Of a stretch of 64,000 bases of DNA, positions 18,501 through 25,417 are shown piece after piece. The stretch comes from Verrucomicrobiales bacterium (GTDB lineage Bacteria; Verrucomicrobiota; Verrucomicrobiia; Verrucomicrobiales; V1-33). The stretch is taken from positions 68,036 to 132,035 of the forward strand of contig JAQGPJ010000051.1 of assembly GCA_028293125.1 (NCBI GenBank). The letters are read 5' to 3'. A program made the position numbers and the translations under genes. Positions within the stretch are counted from its first letter, which is position 1. The number at the start of each line of letters is the position of its first letter. The notes under the pieces are model-generated. The model searched no databases. It was not told the origin of the DNA and worked only from the letters and a program-made list of their open reading frames with translations.

Positions 18501-19798
18501 AGCGTGCCGAAGCCTTCAAAAAGCAGGTCGTCACCACCCTCCCCGCGCATTTGGACGCCGTGCTGGCGCTGGCGGAGAATGCTTGGCGGCGCCCGCTGAC
18601 GGAGGCGGACCGTGAGCAGCTGCGGGGGCTTTACCAGCGCCTGCTCAAAGAGGAGATCCCGCACGAGGATGCCATCCGGCTCACGCTGGCCCGCGTGCTG
18701 GTGGCACCGGCTTTCCTTTATCGGGGCGAACAGGCGCCGGCTGGCCTCCAGGCGGGAGCGGTCAGTTCCTGGGAGCTGGCCACCCGGCTCAGTTATTTCC
18801 TCACCTCCTCCGCTCCGGACACGGAACTCCGCGCCCTGGCCGCCGCCGGCACCCTGCACCGGCCGGAAGTGCTCAAAGCCCAGACCCGCCGTCTGATGCG
18901 CAGTCCCGCCGCCCGGCGTTTGGCTACGGAGTTTGGCTGCCAGTGGCTTCAAGTGCGCGATGTGGAGACACTGGACGAGAAAAGTGAGCGCCACTTTCCG
19001 TCCTTCGTCTCCATGCGCTCCGCCATGCAGGAGGAGGTGGTCCGCTTCTTTATGGATTTGTTCCAGGAGGACCGCCCCGTGCTTTCCCTGCTGAATGCCG
19101 ATCACACTTTTGTGAACGGGGCGCTGGCCAAACACTACGGACTGGAGGCTGGAGCCACACCTGACTGGCACCGGGTGGAGGGCATGCGCGCCCATGGGCG
19201 GGGCGGCATTCTCGGGTTTGCAGCCACGCTTTCCAAACAAAGCGGGGCCTCCCGCACCAGTCCCATCCTGCGGGGCAACTGGCTGAACGAGGTGGTGCTG
19301 GGCGACCGGCTGCCACGCCCCCCCAAAGGCATTCCCGTACTGCCGGAGGAAACCCTGCCCGGCCTCACGGAGCGCCAGCTGATCGAGCGCCACAGCAGCG
19401 ATGCCAGTTGCGCCCGTTGCCATCAGCGCATTGATCCTTTCGGCTTCGCCCTTGAGGGCTTCGACGCCATTGGACGCCTGCGCCAACAGGATGCCGCCGG
19501 GCTGGCCATCGATACTGCCACCACCCTGCCCGACGGCACGCCCCTGTCCGGACTGGACGACCTGCGGGATTATCTGCTCAACAGCCGCCGCGATGATTTT
19601 CTCCGGCAGTTCTGCCACAAGCTTCTGGGCTATGCCCTGGGGCGCGGCGTGCAGCTTTCGGACAAACCGCTGCTGGAGACTATGACTGCCGCCCTGAAAT
19701 CCGGGGACGGGCGTGTCAGCCAGGCGCTCGATCTCATTGTGACCAGTCCGCAGTTCCTACAAATCCGGGGGCGGGATTTCCCCGTCGCCAGTAACTGA
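15578..19798 (+). CDS. Giant DUF1587/DUF1592/DUF1595/DUF1588/DUF1585-family protein with an N-terminal cytochrome-c-like CXXCH motif (PSCyt-type)
   Basis: ATG at 15578 gives a signal peptide (MKSPFAIPPFISLPVLAAGMLMPSAAG). The heme-type motif is QYCNNCHSTEKQKGDLDLERF. The DUF1587-like block is RRLSNAEYTWTVRDLTG, the DUF1588-like block is GGILGFAATLSKQSGASRTSPILRGNW, and the DUF1585-like block is CARCHQRIDPFGFALEGFDAIGRLR. Confidence 0.9.
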   Translation: MKSPFAIPPFISLPVLAAGMLMPSAAGLRAAPDFQREVLPVLTQYCNNCHSTEKQKGDLDLERFQTPAQVKQHTGVWEHVLEQMANNEMPPKNKPQLPPDKKQLLTSWVRSALDEAALESAGDPGPVVLRRLSNAEYTWTVRDLTGVDSLDPAHEFPVDGAAGEGFTNAGAGLVMSPSLVTKYFDAAKEIAAHAVLLPDGIRFSPNTSQRDWTDESLAAIRGFYSRWTVPGGGSEVNLQGIKFDTADGGVLPLEKYLTATLAERAGLASGSRSISDAAAAHGLNEKYLGTLWTALNGTAPSFLLDQLRVRWRSAGPGDAPSLMACITPWQQALWRFTQVGQIGKRDSAKNWQVPVGLLEESREIRLKIPPPAAGGDGTVSVFLSASDAGDGGRDDLALWENPRLIIPGRPDLPLRDAAAAVQALSAEREALFGQAARCLEAAAEPAPFRDPATLSRLAADHRVDPQVLETWLKALGLNAGETTIDSHLAQRLESAENYAFVKGWTGPNALGVLANPTDHPVRVPGLIKAHGLSVHPAPDRRVVAGWRSPVAGTLKVEAVVQDAHTACGNGFTWAVQLRQGSSLRQLASGIVDGTEAVKTGPLENIAVQPGDVLALVIGPRDGNHICDMTAVDLTITDGSHFWDLAKEVSPDILAGNPHADEAGNAGVWHFFSEPDNGASQEAVVPPGSLLAHWYEAGTKKEKSWLAEQFQKFLLAGPSGLPAEAPDAALHRQLASVNGPLLGGLLRKIGTPAAPLPPAPEDSPWGLKPSLFGTAAGVETPPASLCVHAPSVLEVRLPADLLTAGAELAAIARLHPSAGPEGSVQMRMLTARPASVTGPVAELPKELGTKTKWSDGEQSVSAGSPILVRRDSAAWQRLDRACGEFRDLFPAALCYTKIVPVDEVVTLTLFYREDDQLKRLLLNDAQTAELDQLWDRLHYVSQDALKLVDAYEQLYQFATQDADPSAFAALREPIQQRAEAFKKQVVTTLPAHLDAVLALAENAWRRPLTEADREQLRGLYQRLLKEEIPHEDAIRLTLARVLVAPAFLYRGEQAPAGLQAGAVSSWELATRLSYFLTSSAPDTELRALAAAGTLHRPEVLKAQTRRLMRSPAARRLATEFGCQWLQVRDVETLDEKSERHFPSFVSMRSAMQEEVVRFFMDLFQEDRPVLSLLNADHTFVNGALAKHYGLEAGATPDWHRVEGMRAHGRGGILGFAATLSKQSGASRTSPILRGNWLNEVVLGDRLPRPPKGIPVLPEETLPGLTERQLIERHSSDASCARCHQRIDPFGFALEGFDAIGRLRQQDAAGLAIDTATTLPDGTPLSGLDDLRDYLLNSRRDDFLRQFCHKLLGYALGRGVQLSDKPLLETMTAALKSGDGRVSQALDLIVTSPQFLQIRGRDFPVASN

Positions 19799-19843
19799 CC
19801 TTTCAGAATCCCATCAACCATTTCCCACTCTGATCCCAATCCT

Positions 19844-21175
19844 ATGAGCACCCACCGCTTCTCCCGCCGGTCCTTTCTCCGCGGTGCCGGCGTCACCATG
19901 GCCCTGCCCTGGCTGGAATCCCACAACGTCTGGGGTGACGAGCCCACAAAGGACCGTCCCGCCAGTGAGGCCCCTGTGCGGCTGGCGGTGCTCTTCTCCG
20001 GCAATGGCTTCCATTCCAAGGAGTGGTGGGCGAAAGGCGAGGGCAAAGCCATGGAGCTGGGCAAGGTGCTGGAACCCCTGCACGATTTCCGGGAAAAGAT
20101 GCTCTTTGTGCGCGGTCTCTACAACGCGGAGGCCATGAAGGGCAACATCCACAGCTCCCAGACCGGGAACCTTCTCTCCGGTGCGCCCATCGCCTCCGGC
20201 GGGGATATCCGCTCCGGCACCAGCTTTGACCAGTTGCTGGCCCAGACTTATGGCCGCTCCACCAAGGTGCCCAGCCTCGTGCTGGGCTGCGAGCGCTCGA
20301 ATCCGTCGGTCCACAAGAACTACTCCATGCTTTACAGCTCCCACATTTCGTGGAGCTCGCCCACCACGCCGACCCCGCTGGAAATCTACCCGGCGCTGGC
20401 GTTTGACCGGCTTTTCAAGGATGAAGTGACGCCGGGCGACCGCAGTGTGCTGGACGCCGTGCTCTCCGACGCTCAGGATCTGCGCCGCGGCATCAGCAGC
20501 AGTGACCAGCGCAAGCTGGATGAATACCTTGACTCCGTCCGGGATGTGGAAAAACGCATCGAAAACGCCGGCAAACGCGGTGAGCTCCAAGGCTGGCGGC
20601 CCACGCTGGACAAGCCCAACATGGCCCGTCCCGCCGACGGCATCCCGCAGGATATCAGCGAGCATATGCGGATCATGTGCGACCTGCTGGTGCTGGGCTT
20701 CCAGACCGACACCACGCGCATCACCACGCTGAAGCTCAACAACGACCACAGCGCTCTGCGGTTCCCCAATCTCCCCTCCGTCAGCCAGATCGGCCATGGC
20801 ATCGACTACATGATCCACCACCTGCTCTCGCACTCCGACGGCGAGGACTGGCTGTCTGTGAACCGCTTCTTCCTGGAGCAGACCGCGTATATCGCCCGGA
20901 AGCTCGACTCCATTCAGGAGGGACCGCGCACCCTGCTGGACAACACCATGCTCCTGCACTGCTCCAGCATGATGGCCGGAGCCCTGCACAACAATGACCA
21001 GCTGCCGGTCATCGTTCTTGGCGGTGCCGGCGGCCGCCTCAAGGGGGGACGCGTTCTGGAATATCAGGACAAGCCCGACCGCCAGCTGTGCCGCCTGTTT
21101 CTCTCCATGATGGACAAGATGGAGGTGCGTCCCAAAACATTCGGCGACGCCGCCTCCATGCTTCAGGAGGTTTGA
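19844..21175 (+). CDS. DUF1552 domain protein (Tat signal), the usual partner of DUF1592-family proteins
   Basis: The Tat-type signal is MSTHRFSRRSFLRGAGVTMALPWLES. Blocks typical of DUF1552 include SVLDAVLSDAQDLRRGISSSDQRKLDEYLDSVRDVEKRI, DHSALRF and HHLLSHS. It starts 46 bp downstream of the DUF1592-family gene. Confidence 0.9.
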   Translation: MSTHRFSRRSFLRGAGVTMALPWLESHNVWGDEPTKDRPASEAPVRLAVLFSGNGFHSKEWWAKGEGKAMELGKVLEPLHDFREKMLFVRGLYNAEAMKGNIHSSQTGNLLSGAPIASGGDIRSGTSFDQLLAQTYGRSTKVPSLVLGCERSNPSVHKNYSMLYSSHISWSSPTTPTPLEIYPALAFDRLFKDEVTPGDRSVLDAVLSDAQDLRRGISSSDQRKLDEYLDSVRDVEKRIENAGKRGELQGWRPTLDKPNMARPADGIPQDISEHMRIMCDLLVLGFQTDTTRITTLKLNNDHSALRFPNLPSVSQIGHGIDYMIHHLLSHSDGEDWLSVNRFFLEQTAYIARKLDSIQEGPRTLLDNTMLLHCSSMMAGALHNNDQLPVIVLGGAGGRLKGGRVLEYQDKPDRQLCRLFLSMMDKMEVRPKTFGDAASMLQEV

Positions 21176-21329
21176 AATTTTTCGGAAACCCGGATGAATT
21201 GGACCGGCCGGCCAAAGACACAGGAGCCGTTATCCTGATGCCCAGGGCGAAAAGGGCTGGAGAGTCCAAAGCCTCCGCAGGCATCCATGTTGAAATTTCC
21301 CGAATGCTTACTGGAAATGAGGTTGCCCC

Positions 21330-21641
21330 CTAAAGAAGAAACCTCACCAGCTTCCCTTTCATCCCATCCGGCAGGGGGAATTCCCTGCCGGTTTTGGCGA
21401 GGGCCAGCTCCGCGACCTCCGTCAGCCATTGGCGGGAGGCGTTCAGGGACTCCACGCGGATCTGGTTGTTGGGCGTGATGCTGTAGGTGCCGGTCAGGCG
21501 GATCAGGTCCGCCTCGCCCGCCAGCCGCAGATCGGCGACCAGCGTCTTTTTGGAGGGGCTGAGCTGGATGGTTTCAATGCGGATCCAGTCGAGGCCGGAC
21601 GAATCAAGTTTGGTCTGAAGCATTACTTGGAGCAGGTTCAT
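21330..21641 (-). CDS. Hypothetical protein (103 aa)
   Basis: ORF trimmed to the ATG at 21641 (MNLLQVMLQTKLDSSGLDWIRIE...). It is co-directional and 50 bp downstream of the SDR gene. I recognise no motif. Confidence 0.4.
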   Translation of the reverse strand: MNLLQVMLQTKLDSSGLDWIRIETIQLSPSKKTLVADLRLAGEADLIRLTGTYSITPNNQIRVESLNASRQWLTEVAELALAKTGREFPLPDGMKGKLVRFLL

Positions 21642-21690
21642 GGATTTGGAGAGGAGAGGAGAGAAGGGATGGATGCACCAGGGCACCGGA

Positions 21691-22686
21691 TCAGGAAACA
21701 GCAGCGGCGGCGGCAACCTGACTGTTCATGATGGATGAAAGGAAATCCGGATCGTGATCCAGGGCGGCGAACCAGTCCGGATAGAGCGGCTCCCAGCCTG
21801 TGGCCTGCAGCCGGGCATTGCGGACCTGCTTGTGGGTCCAGCCCCGCTTCCGTGACACATCCGGCGGGGCCTCCGGCGGCAGGGGGCGCTGAAAGCGGGT
21901 GGAAAGCTCTGAATACAGGGTCCGCTGAAGCAGCGGTGTGGAATCGGCGATGTTGTAAAGGCGTGCGCCGCGGCTGGCGTGATGACCTTCAGATCCACCA
22001 CCGGCACCCTCCGCCAGATCCAGCAGATGCAGAATGGCCCGCGCGGCGTCCGCCACGTGAATCTGGTTGATCCAGCGGCCATCCGGCGTGGCCGGGGGCT
22101 CCATACGGATATCGATCACCGACCGGCCCTCCAGAAACTGCTTCAGCAGCACCGACCGGCCCGGCCCGTAAATACCGGCCAGCCTTCCCACGGTGCCCCC
22201 CGCCGCCAGGGCCTCCTCCTCCGTCAGACGCAAAATGCGGCCCGTTTCCCTGTCCGGTTCCGCGGGTGAGTCCTCCGTGATCTCCCCGCCATCAATCTGA
22301 TTGTAAACGCTGGTGCTGGAGGTGAAAAAAAACCGGGCCTCCGGGAAAGCTGTCCGCAGATTCCGGCTGCCATCCAGATAGACCGCGCGGTACTGCTCCG
22401 GACCGCCTCCCCGGCCACTGGCCGCGCAATGGACCAAGCGCAGCGCGCCCACAGCCGCCGCAACCGCCCGGCAGGCGGCAGTGCCGGCCACTGCCCGGCA
22501 GGCTTCGGAATCCGTGAGATCGCAGGCTTGAGCGTCAATCCCCTCCGCCCCCAGCGCGGCGGCCGATTCTTCGGAATGAGTCAGCCCGAGCACCGCCCTC
22601 CCCTCGGCCCGGAGCTGCCGGGCGATGACTTTTCCCAGATAACCGCAGCCGGCGATCACGGTCAGTTCGGATGAGGGGGACGGCAT
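21691..22686 (-). CDS. NAD(P)-dependent epimerase/dehydratase-like SDR family protein
   Basis: ATG at 22686. The N-terminal Rossmann motif is VIAGCGYLGKVIARQL. The length and layout resemble atypical or extended SDRs, and the protein has the stretch VHVADAARAILHLL. Confidence 0.75.
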   Translation of the reverse strand: MPSPSSELTVIAGCGYLGKVIARQLRAEGRAVLGLTHSEESAAALGAEGIDAQACDLTDSEACRAVAGTAACRAVAAAVGALRLVHCAASGRGGGPEQYRAVYLDGSRNLRTAFPEARFFFTSSTSVYNQIDGGEITEDSPAEPDRETGRILRLTEEEALAAGGTVGRLAGIYGPGRSVLLKQFLEGRSVIDIRMEPPATPDGRWINQIHVADAARAILHLLDLAEGAGGGSEGHHASRGARLYNIADSTPLLQRTLYSELSTRFQRPLPPEAPPDVSRKRGWTHKQVRNARLQATGWEPLYPDWFAALDHDPDFLSSIMNSQVAAAAAVS

Positions 22687-22758
22687 GGGGAGAGGGCAGG
22701 AAATGGAGGATATTGCGGGTTGAAATGAGGAGCGGCGCATGACCGTTGTTTCATCTCC

Positions 22759-23241
22759 ATGAAATCCTCTAAATTCTCCCTTCTCGCCACCGTGCTGTGC
22801 CTTTCCGCCGCATGGTCCGGCTCCTCTGTGCTGACCGCCGCCGAAACCAACACCAAATGCCCGATCATGACCGACAGCGATGCCGATCCGGACAGTGAGG
22901 TGGAGTACCAGGGCGTGAAAGTGGGCATGTGCTGCACCAAGTGCGCGAAGCTGTGGGCCAAAAACCCCGCTTACTACATCAAGGCGGCTCCGGAGCTTCT
23001 GCCCCAGTTCAAAGGCCAGGAGGCCAAGCTGGGTCTGGACAAGATCACACTGCTGCCCCAGAAATTCTGTCCCATGAAATCCGCCAATCTCGTCTGCCCC
23101 GACAGCCCGAGCACGGAATACAAAGGCGTGAAAGTGTATTTCTTCGACCAGAAGGGTCTGGAGAAGTGGAAGCTGGATCCGGAGACCAACGCCAAGCGCG
23201 CCATCGCCGCCGGTCTCCTTCCGCAGCTTGCCGGCAAGTGA
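22759..23241 (+). CDS. Secreted protein with two YHS/TRASH-like Cys motifs (tentative metal-binding)
   Basis: The signal peptide is MKSSKFSLLATVLCLSAAWSGSSVLTA. Two related units are CPIMTDSDADPDSEVEYQGVKVGMCCTKCAKLWAKNP and CPMKSANLVCPDSPSTEYKGVKVYFFDQKGLEKWKLDP. Confidence 0.55.
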   Translation: MKSSKFSLLATVLCLSAAWSGSSVLTAAETNTKCPIMTDSDADPDSEVEYQGVKVGMCCTKCAKLWAKNPAYYIKAAPELLPQFKGQEAKLGLDKITLLPQKFCPMKSANLVCPDSPSTEYKGVKVYFFDQKGLEKWKLDPETNAKRAIAAGLLPQLAGK

Positions 23242-23352
23242 TCGACAGGCATCGGCGGAGGCCGGAGTCGGAAAACGCTTTTTTCACCCCGCCCGCCATG
23301 GCCCTCCGGCCGCCGCGTGGACTTTCCTTCCGATCATTGATCCCTTTGCCTG

Positions 23353-24495
23353 TTACGGTCCGCCCCGGGCTCTCAGGAAAGGTTCGATCACCGGAAGCAG
23401 CTCACCGGCGGCGGCGGCGGCTCCTTTGTCCGTCAGCTGCACATCACTGAAAAAGTGATCCGGATCGCGGGGGACGGTGCCGTTGAGATTGAACCAAGTG
23501 ACTTTCAACTCCGAGGCCAAATCCCGGGCGGCGGCGGCGTAGCGCTCCATTTCCTGCTCCACCCACACGGGGCTTGGCCGGAAGGGAACGGTTTGTTTGG
23601 AGGGCACTCCCCCCTCCACGGTGGACCAGGCCAGAAGGTTTTCAGCCTGCTGTTCCGTCAGCGACGCGGAGTCAAGGGCGGCCTCACCGGTCATCACCAG
23701 GGTGGCTCCGTGCCTTTTGGCCAACGATTCCAGAATTTTCCAGCCATCCAGATACTCCTTCAGGGGATCATTGTCATACGGCCTGGCCGGCGGGTTGACA
23801 AAAGGGCTTTTGGCGATGGACTTTTTCACGTTTTCAAAGACCTCCCTGTAACGGTCGGGACGGCCCAGCTGGTTCTGCAGGACCGCCGCTTCATTATTGC
23901 GGCTCCAGAGCCGGCCCAGACGGGCGGTCTGGCTGACCGTCAGGACCGCCTGCTTCCAGCCGGAGGACTGCGCGGCCGGCGGAAGCCGCCGCGCCTTGTC
24001 CGGACGGTAAGTGTATTTCACCGGCTGGGAGACCACATCGTCGAAGCCAAAATTCCCGATCACCAGATCCGGCCGCCACTCCTCCATCAATTGCCCGGCG
24101 ACAGGTGTGGAGGCCACAATACCCGCCTTTTCCTGCCCCCAGGCCGCCACCTCCACTTTCAGTCCCTGCTTCTGAAGCATGCGCCCCAGCTGTCCCCACC
24201 AGGTGTCCTCCGCATTCTGGAGCATGGACAGCGTGCCGGATCCCCCCAGACACAGAATGCGCACCGTGCCCGGCGGCTTCGATCCGTTTTTGTCATCGAG
24301 ATAGCGGGCCACATGGCGGTCGAAAGTCACACGCACCTCCTTTTTCAGGCCGGGAATGCTGTTGCTCAGGTCCAGCCGCTTCAACGGCTCGACCGGGGTC
24401 CGGACAAACAGCCACAAAACCGCTTCCAGCACCAGAAAAAGGCCCAGCAGCGCGAGAACCGTCCGGCGGAGGATTTTGAAAAGCAGGGAGTGCAT
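23353..24495 (-). CDS. Membrane-anchored SGNH/GDSL-like hydrolase family protein (tentative)
   Basis: The N-terminal TM helix is RRTVLALLGLFLVLEAVLWLFV. The block-I-like stretch ILCLGGSGT reads GGS rather than GDS. A block-V-like stretch DPDHFFSD lies near the C-terminus. Confidence 0.5.
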   Translation of the reverse strand: MHSLLFKILRRTVLALLGLFLVLEAVLWLFVRTPVEPLKRLDLSNSIPGLKKEVRVTFDRHVARYLDDKNGSKPPGTVRILCLGGSGTLSMLQNAEDTWWGQLGRMLQKQGLKVEVAAWGQEKAGIVASTPVAGQLMEEWRPDLVIGNFGFDDVVSQPVKYTYRPDKARRLPPAAQSSGWKQAVLTVSQTARLGRLWSRNNEAAVLQNQLGRPDRYREVFENVKKSIAKSPFVNPPARPYDNDPLKEYLDGWKILESLAKRHGATLVMTGEAALDSASLTEQQAENLLAWSTVEGGVPSKQTVPFRPSPVWVEQEMERYAAAARDLASELKVTWFNLNGTVPRDPDHFFSDVQLTDKGAAAAAGELLPVIEPFLRARGGP

Positions 24496-24567
24496 GAAAA
24501 AGGCCGGTCAGGCTGGCGGGTGGATATCTGCCTCAAACCATGAAACCGGCAACGGAAGTTGTCCGCT

Positions 24568-24612
24568 TTAAAAATCACCGCCCGGCCGCCGCAAAAAGCG
24601 GCGGTCGGCGGT
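24568..24612 (-). terminator. Putative rho-independent terminator downstream of the GAF gene
   Basis: An imperfect stem of about 15 bp pairs ACCGCCCGGCCGCCGC with GCGGCGGTCGGCGGT around an AAAAA loop. On the minus strand it is followed by GATTTTTAAAG. It sits about 160 bp downstream of the stop, which is rather far. Confidence 0.35.
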
Positions 24613-24770
24613 ATTGGTCCAGCCCGCCGGTCACACTGCGGCACAGGTGCGCCTGGAAGCGCCCACGCCCCAGCCAGTGCGGAAAACGACCGGCAGGACT
24701 CCGGGCGGCTGCTTCCCTTCAGTCCCTTCTCCAACCGGCAAAACGGGTTCGCCGACAACCCATCCGCAGG

Positions 24771-25235
24771 TCAGCCGTCAGCCCATTTTTCAGCAATTTC
24801 CGCCGCGATGGTCTGGAGATCACTGATCTCCGCGGAGGTGAACTCATAGGCCTCGTGCTTGCCGATGCCCAGGGTGCCCATGAGCAGCCCGCCGAATTCC
24901 ACAGGGACAGCCACGGATCCGCCGACCTTGGTTTTTTTAGCGGCCGGTTTGGCCACGCCGCTGCGGTCGGTCTGGAGGTTGCAGATCTGCACAGCCTCCA
25001 TGCGCTCCGCCGCGGTGCCCGCGATGCCTTTGCCGAGGGGGATGCGCTCAACTTTGGGGCGGATCTCCTCGGGAACCCCGACATGGGCCACGATTTCCAG
25101 CATCTGGTGCAGGTCCACCCACTGGTGAAGGGTTCCGGTCTGACACTCAAACCCCTCCAGGATCACCTCCAGGACATACTGCCAGTCCGGGTAACCTTTC
25201 ATTGCCGCTGAAATCTTGCTCAATCGTTTGCTCAT
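24771..25235 (-). CDS. Single-domain GAF protein
   Basis: 154 aa with an ATG start. GAF-like core stretches are RIPLGKGIAGTAAERMEAVQICNL and VAVPVEFGGLLMGTLGIGKHEAYEFTSAEI. It lacks the HIACD-type Cys motif of free Met-R-sulfoxide reductases. Confidence 0.7.
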   Translation of the reverse strand: MSKRLSKISAAMKGYPDWQYVLEVILEGFECQTGTLHQWVDLHQMLEIVAHVGVPEEIRPKVERIPLGKGIAGTAAERMEAVQICNLQTDRSGVAKPAAKKTKVGGSVAVPVEFGGLLMGTLGIGKHEAYEFTSAEISDLQTIAAEIAEKWADG

Positions 25236-25417
25236 TGCTGAAATCTGAAATCTGTCCCGGACGGACGCACAAGGGAAATTTGCTACGGAAAAGCCTCAAT
25301 GGAGGTGGAAACCCACCTGCCGACGGAAACGGCAGCCCGGAAAGCGGTTCCCAGCCGGCTGCAGGACGGTCCTGAGGATGGAAAAGGCCCTCGGGTCCGC
25401 CCTCCACTGCCAGTCTG

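Noticed and set aside
16289-19618. Long minus-strand ORFs (16289..18049, 18164..19618) inside the DUF1592-family gene
   Set aside because: They are antisense artefacts. They are Arg/Gly/Gln/His-rich and lack motifs, while the plus strand carries ordered DUF1587/1592/1588/1585 blocks.
19814-20989. 391-aa minus-strand ORF antisense to DUF1552
   Set aside because: For the same reasons as the other antisense ORFs, the DUF1552 reading is strongly supported.
25303-25335. Two adjacent 6-bp hairpins (AGGTGG-AAAC-CCACCT and CTGCCG-ACGGAAA-CGGCAG) between the M16 stop and the GAF start
   Set aside because: This is a possible M16 terminator. The stems are short and no U-tract follows on the minus strand, so it is too weak to call.
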